Shown piece by piece: positions 14,269-23,292 of a stretch of DNA of 64,000 nt. Position numbers and translations under genes: made by a program. The notes beneath the pieces are model-generated. The model did no database searches and was not told the origin of the DNA. It was given only the letters and a program-made list of their open reading frames with translations. The stretch spans positions 1,472,001-1,536,000 of the forward strand of contig CAVTTN010000002.1 of NCBI GenBank assembly GCA_963737655.1, in the 5' to 3' direction. Each line of letters opens with the position of its first letter. Position 1 is the first letter of the stretch. The DNA is from an uncultured Planctomycetota bacterium. Lineage in GTDB: Bacteria > Planctomycetota > Planctomycetia > Isosphaerales > Isosphaeraceae.

Positions 14269-14942
14269 ATGCGGCCGACCATCACGACGACGACCTGGGC
14301 GGGGATTCTGGCGGTCGGGGGCCTGCTGGGCGTGGGGCAGACGGCCCGGGCCCAGGGGGGATATTACGGCGGGGGCGGTTACGTGGGCGGAGGTTACGGT
14401 GGCGGGGGTTACGGTGGCGGAGGGGTGGCGGTGCCGGTCTCGCCGGGCTACGGCTACGGCTACGGCTACGGCTCGGGCTATGGCTCGATCGGCTCTCCGG
14501 GCATCGGTTACGGCTCCGGGGGTTATGGGGCCGGCTGCGCGACCCCGGGCGGCTATGCGCCGGGCTACGGTTCCGGAGGGATTGGCTACGGGGGGGCGGG
14601 CTCCGTGGGAGGGGGCGTCGCGGGGTACAATCCGGCCCTGCCGTTCTCTCCGGCCCAGCAGCAGGGCTGGCGCGAGGGGCGTCTGTATTACGAGACGGGC
14701 CTGGCGCCCAATCATCGGCTGTCGCCGGCCGAGGCGCGAGGGTTCGTCGCCGGGGAGACGAGGCAGGCCCAGACCCCCTGGCAGCTCGACCCGGCCCGCC
14801 AGCAGGGCTGGCGAGAGGGCCAGGTCTTCTGGGAGACCGGGCCCTCCCGAACCGCCCGCTGACCCCGGCCGAGCGCCAGGGGTTCGTCGCGGGCGAGCGT
14901 CAGGCGGCGAGCGGGTTCGCGCCGTATCCGCCCAGGTGGTGA
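14269..14942 (+). CDS. Secreted Gly/Tyr-rich protein with a duplicated ~40-aa C-terminal module (frameshift near 14845)
   Basis: Signal peptide ending ARA; GGY repeats; QQGWREG..ETG twice; second module continues in another frame as PNRPLTPAERQGFVAGERQA to TGA 14940-14942. Confidence 0.7.
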
Positions 14943-15240
14943 GGTGAGGTGAGCGGGGGCAGGGGCGGGTGGCGCCCTCCGACGTCGCGATCGTCCCTCC
15001 GCCGAGGTCCCGGCCGCCCGCCCTCGGAAAACGCCGACGGCCGATCCCAGGAGATCGGCCGTCGACGCCGGAACAGTCGCCGCGAGAGGCGTCGCGGCGG
15101 CGGGACCTAGCAAATCCCGGACCCGGACCAATCCGGGCGATCGGTGGGCGGCGTAGGGTGAGTCGGGTTCCGAAGACGAAGCCCGTCCCGCCCGGGATGC
15201 TTCCGAAGCATCGTCCTTCGGCACAAAACGGCCCTGGGGG

Positions 15241-16293
15241 TCAGCCGGAGTGCTTGGCCTTGGCCTTCGCCTTGGCGGCGGCCCGGGCCTCGGCCCTCGC
15301 TTCGGCCTTCGCTTTGGCCTTGGCCCTGGCGGCGGCCCGAGCGGCCTCGGCCTTGGCCCTGGCGGCGGCCCTCTTCTGCGCCGGGGTCAGGGTGGTCGTG
15401 GTCCCGGTGCTGCCGGTGGTCCCGGTGCTGCCGGAGCCCGAGGGCGGGGTTCCGCCTCCCCCGGCGGGCGGGGCTCCGCCTCCTCCGCCCTCGGAGCCTC
15501 CGGTGGGGTCCTCGTTGGCGGTGTCCGAGGGGTCGATCACGACGTGGAACGTGGCCTGGGCCTCGGTGCCGTCGTCGGTCAGGGCCAGGATCATGTAATC
15601 GCCGGCCTCCTGCTCGGGGCTGCCGTTGGCCGAGGCGCCGGTGAAGACGTTGTCGGTGGCGTTGGTCGTGTCGCGGGCCCCGGAGCGGGCATAGGCCGCG
15701 TTCTGGGCGAAGACGGTGTTGGTCACGGCGTCGTCGAAGAAGAACTGCGAGGTCCAGTCGTAGGCGACGTTCCCCGAGGCGTCCAGGGTGCGGACGCGGA
15801 CGTGGATGTGGGGGGTCCGGCCGCTGTACCAGCCCGGGTAGATCGTCAGGAACTGGACGTTGCCGGAGGCGTCGGAGACCTGATAGCCGCGGAGGTGGTC
15901 CAGCCCGGTCGTCCCCTCCTGGGCGATGTCCGAATACACGCCCTGGGCGTTGGCCGACCAGAGATCGACCTTGGCGCCGGCCAGGGGGGTCAGCGAATAG
16001 GGGGCCGAGTCCGAGAGGGCCGACAGGGTGATCCCCAGGGACAGGGGCAATCCGGCCTGGACGGCCCCGGTGGAGGTGTCCGAGCGGACGTCGGACCGCT
16101 CGGCCTGGCCATCGACCCAGTACGGCCCCTCGGTCAGGCCCGGGGACTCCCCGTGATCGACGCCGGGCGTCCCGGCGAAGACGGTCCCCGTCCTCGACCA
16201 GAACCCCGCCACGGCCAGGGCCCCGGCGAACCCCCGGATCAGCACCTCCCGGCGATTGAGCGAATAGACGACGCGATCGCGATCCTTGGACAT
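15241..16293 (-). CDS. Tat-exported intradiol ring-cleavage dioxygenase-like protein with Gly/Pro linker and Ala/Lys tail
   Basis: LNRREVL twin-Arg; TEGPYW, GVYS, YPGWYSGRTPHIH, SQFFFD. Confidence 0.8.
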   Translation of the reverse strand: MSKDRDRVVYSLNRREVLIRGFAGALAVAGFWSRTGTVFAGTPGVDHGESPGLTEGPYWVDGQAERSDVRSDTSTGAVQAGLPLSLGITLSALSDSAPYSLTPLAGAKVDLWSANAQGVYSDIAQEGTTGLDHLRGYQVSDASGNVQFLTIYPGWYSGRTPHIHVRVRTLDASGNVAYDWTSQFFFDDAVTNTVFAQNAAYARSGARDTTNATDNVFTGASANGSPEQEAGDYMILALTDDGTEAQATFHVVIDPSDTANEDPTGGSEGGGGGAPPAGGGGTPPSGSGSTGTTGSTGTTTTLTPAQKRAAARAKAEAARAAARAKAKAKAEARAEARAAAKAKAKAKHSG

Positions 16294-16468
16294 GATCAGA
16301 TCCTGAAATGGGGGGAGAAGCTCCGGGGCCCGATCCGATCGAACGTCCGTCGCGGCGTCCGGCGAGAGAAAGAGCGGAGGAGGGCCGCGCGATCGCGCGC
16401 GGCGTCTCAACCTCGGCGGCCCAGGGATGGGGCACTGGATTCCGGAGATCGACTCGTCGGGCGTCCCA

Positions 16469-16587
16469 TCGATTCGGGTGCCCCCGGTTCTCGAACCGGG
16501 GCGATGGAGCCGCAAGAGGCCATCCTCGCCGAGCGGCCTCTTGTCGCTGCGCGACCCCGGTTCGAGAACCGGGGGCACCCGAATCGA
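16469..16587. repeat. REP doublet: perfect 33-bp inverted arms, each internally palindromic
   Basis: TCGATTCGGGTGCCCCCGGTTCTCGAACCGGGG ... CCCCGGTTCGAGAACCGGGGGCACCCGAATCGA; inner CAAGAGGCC/GGCCTCTTG stem. Confidence 0.85.
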
Positions 16588-16726
16588 GGTGACCCGGAAA
16601 CCTCATCTCCCGAATCCAGAGCCCAACCCAGCGAAACCCGCGCCCGACCAGCCCGTTGCATCGCGGGAGGCCGGCGGGTAGCCTCGGGCCTCTGCCATGG
16701 TCCCTGTCCCGGAGGGTCGCTTCATC

Positions 16727-17188
16727 ATGGGTGCTGACGCCCGCTTGGCCGAGCTGAACTTGACCCTCCCGCCGACCCCGAAGCCGGTGGCGACGTACTT
16801 GACGGCCGTCCGCCACGGCGACCTCCTGTTCGTCTCGGGCCACGGGCCCCTGAAGGCCGATGGGTCGCTCCACCTCGGCCGGCTCGGGGCCGACCTGGAC
16901 CTCGACGCCGGCTATCGCGCGGCCCGCGATACCGGGCTGGCGATCCTCGCCACGCTCAGGAGCCATCTCGGGTCGCTCGACGAGGTGGTCAGGCTCGTCA
17001 AGGTGCTCGGCCTGGTCAATTGCACGCCGGAGTTCGTCGATCAACCCAAGGTGATCAATGGATTTTCGGATTTGATGGTCGAGGTCTTCGGCGAGAGCGG
17101 CAAGGCGGCGAGGAGCGCCGTGGGGGCGCCGTCGCTGCCGGGGGGGATCGCGGTGGAGGTCGAGGCGATCTTCCAGGTGAAGGGCTGA
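16727..17188 (+). CDS. RidA/YjgF/UK114 family protein
   Basis: LFVSGHGP, VKVLGLVN, ARSAVGAPSLP..IAVEVEAIF. Confidence 0.9.
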   Translation: MGADARLAELNLTLPPTPKPVATYLTAVRHGDLLFVSGHGPLKADGSLHLGRLGADLDLDAGYRAARDTGLAILATLRSHLGSLDEVVRLVKVLGLVNCTPEFVDQPKVINGFSDLMVEVFGESGKAARSAVGAPSLPGGIAVEVEAIFQVKG

Positions 17189-17197
17189 TCGTCACCC

Positions 17198-17788
17198 ATG
17201 CTCGCCCTCCGTCGGCCTTCGGAAGCCGCCGTCCGGTCCCTCCTCGATCGCCAGGAGGGCCTGCCGTTCTCGTATCCCGACGTCGGCGCGATCGCCCGGG
17301 GGGCGGTCCCTTCGGGATATGTTCAGGACCATCACTGCGTGGAGCTCGGCCGGGGTCCGGAGGCGTTTTCGGCCGCGCAGGAGGCGATCGGCCGATGGGC
17401 CATGTTCCGCACCGGCTGGACCGAGGTCGTCCCCGCCTCGTCGCCCATCGAGCCCGGCCGGGTCGTGGCGATCGTCGCGAGGAGCTTCGGCGCGTGGACG
17501 GTGAACCCGGCGAGGATCGTCGAATCGATCGACGAATCCGGCCCCGTCGATCGGTTCGGATTCGTCTACGGGGCCTTGCCCGACCATGCCGAGAGCGGCG
17601 AGGAGCGGTTCTCGGTCGAATGGCGGCATGGCGACGATTCGGTCTGGTACGACCTCCTCGGGATCTCCCGGCCGGGCCGGTGGTATTCGAAGATGGCCGG
17701 GCCTCTCACGCGATCGGTGCAGAAGAAGTTCGCCCGGGACTCGAAGGCGGCGATGGTCCGGTTCGTCCTGGAGAGGCTGGGATCATGA
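17198..17788 (+). CDS. DUF1990 (UPF0548) family protein
   Basis: FSYPDVGA, FGFVYGALPDHAESGEERF. Confidence 0.85.
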   Translation: MLALRRPSEAAVRSLLDRQEGLPFSYPDVGAIARGAVPSGYVQDHHCVELGRGPEAFSAAQEAIGRWAMFRTGWTEVVPASSPIEPGRVVAIVARSFGAWTVNPARIVESIDESGPVDRFGFVYGALPDHAESGEERFSVEWRHGDDSVWYDLLGISRPGRWYSKMAGPLTRSVQKKFARDSKAAMVRFVLERLGS

Positions 17789-18617
17789 GCGGCCGCCCGC
17801 GTCGCCTGGAAGGCCGGAATGCCCTGATCGTCGGCGGGACGGGCGGGATCGGCCTGGCCTCGGCCCGGAGGTTCCTCGAAGAAGGGGCCGAGGTGGTGGT
17901 CTCGGGCGTCGAGGAGGGCGCGAAGGAAGCCGCGAGGGAGGCGCTCTCGCCGATGGGAACGGTTCATGCGATCGGCTCGGACGTCCGCCTCGAATCGGAC
18001 GTGATCGCCCTGTTCGCACGGGCACGGGAGCTCCTCGGCGGGCGGATCGACATCCTGTTTCATGTGGCCGGGATCAGCGGGCGGAGGTTCGGCGACGGCC
18101 CCTTGCCCGACGCCTCGGCCGACGGCTGGGACCGCGTGATGGAGGCCAACGCCCGGGGGGTGTTCCTCACCAACCGCGAGGCGGTGCGGATCATGAGGGG
18201 GCAGCCCCTGGATTCGTGGGGGATTCGCGGGACGGTCCTGAACCTGGGGTCGGTGCTCTCCGGGTCGCCGTCTCCTCGTTTCTTCGGGACGATCGCCTAC
18301 GCGGCGAGCAAGGGGGCGGTCCGGGCCCTGACGATCGCGGCGGCCTCCGCCCACGCGGCCGACTGCATCCGGTTCAATCTGATTGAGCCGGGCCTGATCG
18401 ACACGCCGATGGCCGCCCGGGCGGCCCAGGACGCCACGATCCGCCGGTTCCTGGCCTCGAAACAGCCGATCGCCGGGGGCCCGGCTCGGCCGAGGACGTC
18501 GCCGAGGCCGCCTTGTACTTGTGTGAGCCCGCGAGTCGGTTCATCACGGGAACCATCCTGAATGTGGACGGAGGTTGGTCCGTGAGCGAGGGGCAAATCC
18601 CCGGGGATATTTCGTGA
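17785..18617 (+). CDS. SDR oxidoreductase (frameshift near 18481)
   Basis: GGTGGIG, YAASKG, NLIEPG; C-terminus EDVAEAALYLC..FITGTILNVDGGW lies in another frame, whose TGA overlaps the next ATG. Confidence 0.8.
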
Positions 18618-19390
18618 TGGCCGACGTGTTCACGCAATACTTCGACGCGATCCGCTCGGCGATCGACGCGATCGAACGGACGGAGCGGGACGCCATCCGC
18701 GCCGCCTCAAGCCGGTTCGCGGCGAGCATTCTCCAGGGAAGGCTCGTCCACGTGTTCGGCACGGGGCATTCGCGGATGGCCGTGGAGGAGATGTTCCCGC
18801 GCTATGGGTCGTTCCCCGGGTTCCACCCGATCGTGGAGCTGTCGATGACGTTCCACAACCCGGTGGTGGGCGCCAACGGCCAGCGCCAGGCGATGTTCCT
18901 GGAGAACGTCCAGGGATTCGGGCCGGTCCTCTGGAGGAATTTCGCGACGAGCCCCGACGATTGCCTGCTGGCCATCTCCACCAGCGGCTGCAACGCGGCG
19001 ACGGTGGACGTGGCGATCGAGGCGAAGGGGCTGGGGATGTTCGTCGTGGCGATGTCGTCCAGGGAGCATGCGAACGCTTCGACATCGAAACACGAATCGG
19101 GGAGGAAACTCCTGGACGTGGCCGACCTGACGATCGATCAGCACGCGCCGAAAGGGGATTCGGCGGTGTGGATCGACGGCCTCGAAACGCCGGTCTCGCC
19201 GGTGTCGAGCGTCTCGGGCTGCGCGGTCATCAACCTGATCAAGGCGGAGGTGGCCCGGCTGTTGACCGAGGCCGGCCAGCCGCCGAAGGTCCTCACGGCG
19301 GCCTGCCACCTCGGCGCCGAACGGGCCTCGGCGCTGTTCGAGGAGACGTACGACGACTACCGGAGGCGGGTGGGCGTGCTCTATCGGTGA
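18617..19390 (+). CDS. SIS-domain sugar isomerase-like protein
   Basis: HVFGTGHS, AISTSGCN, DQHAPKGD; TGATG coupling to the SDR gene. Confidence 0.85.
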   Translation: MADVFTQYFDAIRSAIDAIERTERDAIRAASSRFAASILQGRLVHVFGTGHSRMAVEEMFPRYGSFPGFHPIVELSMTFHNPVVGANGQRQAMFLENVQGFGPVLWRNFATSPDDCLLAISTSGCNAATVDVAIEAKGLGMFVVAMSSREHANASTSKHESGRKLLDVADLTIDQHAPKGDSAVWIDGLETPVSPVSSVSGCAVINLIKAEVARLLTEAGQPPKVLTAACHLGAERASALFEETYDDYRRRVGVLYR

Positions 19391-19403
19391 GGGATCCCAT
19401 CGT

Positions 19404-19465
19404 GTAGGGTCCGCCATTGCGGACCATTCCCGCGAGCCCGGATGGTCCGCAATGGCGGACCCGAC
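19404..19465. repeat. GTAG-type REP doublet
   Basis: GTAGGGTCCGCCATTGCGGACCAT ... ATGGTCCGCAATGGCGGACCCGAC between convergent genes. Confidence 0.8.
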
Positions 19466-19481
19466 GACCGGAAGCCCGGCC

Positions 19482-19994
19482 TCATCGCCCCGATTCGAGG
19501 GCGGTGGCGAGCCAGGACCGGGCGTAGGCCCATTCGCGGAAGGCGGAGGCCCGGGAGACGCCCATCGCCTCGGCGGCCTCGTCGATCGAAAGGCCGGCGA
19601 AGAGGCGGTAGCGGGCGACCTCGGCGGAGGTGGGATCCTCGGCGGCGAGCCGCGAGAGGGCGTCGTCGATGTCCAGGAGCAAGTCGGGGTCGGCGCCCGG
19701 GCTTGGGGCGTCGCCGTCGAAGGAGATCGTCCGATTTCCTCCGCCCCGCTTGCCGGCCTTCCGGCGACGGGCGTTATCCACCAGGATGCGCTGCATGGCC
19801 ACGGCGGCGGCGCGGAAGAAGCCGCTGCGGTCGGCGAACACGGCGTCTCCCAGCCGCAAATAGGCCTCGTGGACGAGCGCGGTGGCGTCGAGCGAATGGC
19901 CGTTGGCCTCGTTCGCGAGCCGGGCGGAGGCGAGCTTGCGGAGCTCGTCGTAGACCAGGGGGAAGAAGCCTCCGGGGGCGTCGGGTTCGCTCAT
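19482..19994 (-). CDS. ECF sigma factor, kinase-associated (TIGR02999-like)
   Basis: PLVYDELRKLA, ATALVHEAYLRL, AMQRILVDNARRR, REWAYARSWL. Confidence 0.9.
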   Translation of the reverse strand: MSEPDAPGGFFPLVYDELRKLASARLANEANGHSLDATALVHEAYLRLGDAVFADRSGFFRAAAVAMQRILVDNARRRKAGKRGGGNRTISFDGDAPSPGADPDLLLDIDDALSRLAAEDPTSAEVARYRLFAGLSIDEAAEAMGVSRASAFREWAYARSWLATALESGR

Positions 19995-22900
19995 TTCTCC
20001 CCCGCCTCCGACTTCGGCGACCCGTCGGCCAGCTTCGCCCGCTCGGCCGTCCACGCTCGCACCTCCTCGGCCTTGCCGGTCGCCTCGCCGAAGGCGATCA
20101 GGCGGTCCAGGGCCTCGCGCCTGAAGGGGCGGAAGAACGCGATGATCGCCTCGGGCTTGCGGGACAGCCCCTCGTAGCCGGAACGGAGCAACGGCTCGGC
20201 CGGGGCGTGCTTCCCCTGGCCGAAGTAGGCCCACCCGAGGAGCGAGCGGACTTCGGCGATGACCCAGTTCTCGAGCCGGTCCGCCTCGGCGACCCTCAGG
20301 GCCTCGCGGAGGACGCCTTCGGCCTCGGCGTCCTGCTTCAGGGCCAGCAGGGCCCGGCCCAGCATCATCAGGGTGAACTGGCGGAGCGAGTCGCCGGGGG
20401 CCGTCTGGCGACGGCTGAGGAACGACCGGAACAGCGCCTCGGCCTCGGCCGGGTCGCCCCTCTCCGCGAGGAAGGTGCCGAGGTTGACCCGGGCGAAGTC
20501 GGTCGTGGGATCGTGGCCCGGGCCGAAGACTCGCAGGCAGTCGGCCAGGACGGCCCGGTAGTCCGCCTCGGCGGTTTTGAGACGGCCGGCGGCCAGCTCG
20601 TTGTCGGCGCGGCCGAGCCGGGTCTCCATGGTGGCCCTGTGGTCCTCGCCGTGGACCTTGCGACGCGCGGCGACCGCGGCATCCCAGAGCGGCCGGGCCT
20701 CCTCGAAGCGGCCATCCTCCGTGAGCGCCGTCGCCAGGACCACGAGCGTGTCGATCGTGTCGGGGTGATCGGCCCCGAGCTTGGCCCTCTCCCGGGCCGA
20801 CGTCTCCCCCAGGATGTCGATGGCCCGCCGCCGCTGGCCGTCCGCCAGAAGGGCCAAGGCGAGGATTCGCCGGGCCCGGAGCGTCGTGGCATGGTCGGGC
20901 CCGAGCCCGGCGGCGGCCAGGGCGTGGGCCTCCTCGGCCAGGGCCAGGCCGCGGTCCAGCCGGCCGAGATCGACGTAGGTGGACCCCAGTCGGAGCATCG
21001 TCTGGAGAGTGTCGGGGTGGCCGGGGCGGAGCGCCGCCCGCTCCGAGGCGAGCGCCTGCTCGTACAGGGCGATGGAGCGGTCGGGCCGCCCGACCGACGC
21101 GTAGGCCTGGGCCAGCCGGCTCGTGGCCCGGAGCGTCACGCGGTGGGCGGGCCCGAGGGCGGCCCGCATCCGGGGGATCGCCTCCTCCAGGAGGCGGACG
21201 GCCTCCTCGGGCCGGGAGCCGCGCTCGTAGAGGGCGCCCAGCGTGGCTCGGCTCTCGAGCGTCACCGGGTCGTCGGGCCCGAGCCTCGCGTCCATCCTCG
21301 GCGGCAGCCCCTCGTACAGGGCGATGGCCCGGTCGATGCGGCCCGCCAGGCCGGTGGCCATGGCGAGCTCGTCGGCGCACCGGAGCGCCTCGGGGTCGTC
21401 GGCGCCGAGGAGGGCGGCGAGGGCGTCTCGGGCCCGGGCCAGCACCCGGGTCGCCTCCTCGTAGTGGGCCAGCCCGCGCTGCGATCGCCCCAGCTTCGCC
21501 AGCATCCGGGCCGCGGCGAGCGGGTCGCCCGTGGCCTCGGCATCGACCTCCGAGGCCGCCCGGTCCAGCCGGTCGCCCAGGATCGCCGCCAGCGGCTTGC
21601 CCTCCGTCTCGGCCAGGTCCGGGTCCAGGTCCTCGAAGACCGAGCCGAGGATGTCGTTCATCGTCGCCACCTGCGCCAGCCGCCTCTCGGCCCGCTGGCG
21701 CTCCCTCCTCGCCTCGATCAGGCCCCAGGTCGTGCCGATGACGCCGGCGACCATCGCCACGATCACCAGCGACGCCGCCACGACCCGCCCCCGGTTCCGC
21801 CGGACGAACTTCCGGAGCCGATACGCCGCCGTCGGCGGGCCCGCCGAGACCGGCTCGTGGTTGAGGAACCGCTCGACGTCGTTGGCCAGCCCGACCGCCG
21901 AGTCGTACCTCCGGTCCCGCTCCTTGGCCAAGGCCTTCATGACGATCCAGTCCAGATCCCCCCGGACCAGCCGCGAGAGCCTCGCCGGCTCGATGTGGCG
22001 ATTCGCCGCGACGCTGGGTCGCCCCGCCGAGCTGCTGATCCGGCTCGACGGCACCGGCGGCTCGACCTCGCGGATGGAGCGGAGCATCTCCTCCAGGGCC
22101 GCCCGCCTCATCGTCTCGCGAGTGATCGGCGTCGAGCCGGTCAGGAGCTCGTAGAGGATCACGCCCAGGGCGTAGATGTCGGCCCGGGTGTCCACGTCCA
22201 GCGCGTTGAACGTGGCCTGCTCCGGCGCCATGTACAGAGGAGTCCCCGCGACGCTGCCGAAGGCCGTGAACAGCGAGTGCTCCGAGAGCTGCATCCCGCT
22301 GGTGGCTTTCGCGAGGCCGAAGTCGATCACCTTGGGCACGGGCTTGTCGTCGTGCGATTCGACCAGGATGTTCGTGGGCTTCAAATCGCGGTGGATGATC
22401 CCTTTTTGATGGGCATGCTGCACCGCCGAGCAGATCTGGCGGAACAGAGACAGCCGGGCCGGGAGGTCCAGCCGGTGGTCGTCGCAATACTGGGTCAGGG
22501 GGACGCCCTTGACCAGCTCCATCACGAAGAACGGGCGGCCGTCGGCCGTCGATCCGGCATCGAGGACCCGGGCGATGTTGGGGTGATCCATCAGCGCGAG
22601 GGCCTGGCGCTCGCTCTCGAACCGGGCGAGGACCTGGCGGGAGTCCATCCCCGGCTTGATCAGCTTCAGCGCGACCTGCCTCTTGACCGGGCGGAGCTGC
22701 TCGGCGAGGAAGACGGTGCCCATCCCGCCCTCGCCGATGCTCTGGCGGATCTTGTACCGGTCGGCGATCACGGAGTTCAGGAGGCCGGCGGCGTCGGGGT
22801 CGTGGTAGCTGAGGGTGGGGCCCTCGGGGTCGGTCCGAGCCGGAGACGGCGCGATGTCGACGGTGGCCTGCGGTCCGGTATCGACGGTGGCCCCGGGGTC

Positions 22901-23089
22901 GTCGTCGCCCAGGGGCCGCTCCAGGGCGGCGGGCGGGTCGTCGAACGCGGCGAGGAGGGCGTCGAGACGATGACGCAACTCGGCGTCCCCGCCGATCTCG
23001 GCGTCGAGGAACGCCCGGCGATCGGCCCGGTCGTCCTTCTCGATGGCCTTCTGGAATAACGCCTTGACGCGGACGGGGTCGGTCGCCAT
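19991..23089 (-). CDS. Hanks-type Ser/Thr kinase with TM segment and TPR repeats
   Basis: IGEGGMG, HRDLKPTN, DFGLAK, YMAPEQ; LGPDHPxT TPR repeats. Confidence 0.92.
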   Translation of the reverse strand: MATDPVRVKALFQKAIEKDDRADRRAFLDAEIGGDAELRHRLDALLAAFDDPPAALERPLGDDDPGATVDTGPQATVDIAPSPARTDPEGPTLSYHDPDAAGLLNSVIADRYKIRQSIGEGGMGTVFLAEQLRPVKRQVALKLIKPGMDSRQVLARFESERQALALMDHPNIARVLDAGSTADGRPFFVMELVKGVPLTQYCDDHRLDLPARLSLFRQICSAVQHAHQKGIIHRDLKPTNILVESHDDKPVPKVIDFGLAKATSGMQLSEHSLFTAFGSVAGTPLYMAPEQATFNALDVDTRADIYALGVILYELLTGSTPITRETMRRAALEEMLRSIREVEPPVPSSRISSSAGRPSVAANRHIEPARLSRLVRGDLDWIVMKALAKERDRRYDSAVGLANDVERFLNHEPVSAGPPTAAYRLRKFVRRNRGRVVAASLVIVAMVAGVIGTTWGLIEARRERQRAERRLAQVATMNDILGSVFEDLDPDLAETEGKPLAAILGDRLDRAASEVDAEATGDPLAAARMLAKLGRSQRGLAHYEEATRVLARARDALAALLGADDPEALRCADELAMATGLAGRIDRAIALYEGLPPRMDARLGPDDPVTLESRATLGALYERGSRPEEAVRLLEEAIPRMRAALGPAHRVTLRATSRLAQAYASVGRPDRSIALYEQALASERAALRPGHPDTLQTMLRLGSTYVDLGRLDRGLALAEEAHALAAAGLGPDHATTLRARRILALALLADGQRRRAIDILGETSARERAKLGADHPDTIDTLVVLATALTEDGRFEEARPLWDAAVAARRKVHGEDHRATMETRLGRADNELAAGRLKTAEADYRAVLADCLRVFGPGHDPTTDFARVNLGTFLAERGDPAEAEALFRSFLSRRQTAPGDSLRQFTLMMLGRALLALKQDAEAEGVLREALRVAEADRLENWVIAEVRSLLGWAYFGQGKHAPAEPLLRSGYEGLSRKPEAIIAFFRPFRREALDRLIAFGEATGKAEEVRAWTAERAKLADGSPKSEAGEK

Positions 23090-23181
23090 GAGCGGGCCTC
23101 TCCAGAAGAGGTGGTTTCCCCTCATGGCGTCGAGTCTCCGCGAAGAGTCTCAAATCGGGAAGGGGATGGCCTCTCCCAAAT

Positions 23182-23283
23182 TTCACCACAAAGCCACGAA
23201 GGGCACGAAGGCAGACACAAAGAATCGAGTGATTCTCTCTTCCTTTGTGTCTGCCTTCGTGCCCTTCGTGGCTTTGTGGTGAA
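23182..23283. repeat. Perfect 41-bp inverted repeat, TTCACCAC...GTGGTGAA family
   Basis: TTCACCACAAAGCCACGAAGGGCACGAAGGCAGACACAAAG and its exact reverse complement at 23243-23283. Confidence 0.9.
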
Positions 23284-23292
23284 TCCGAAGGA

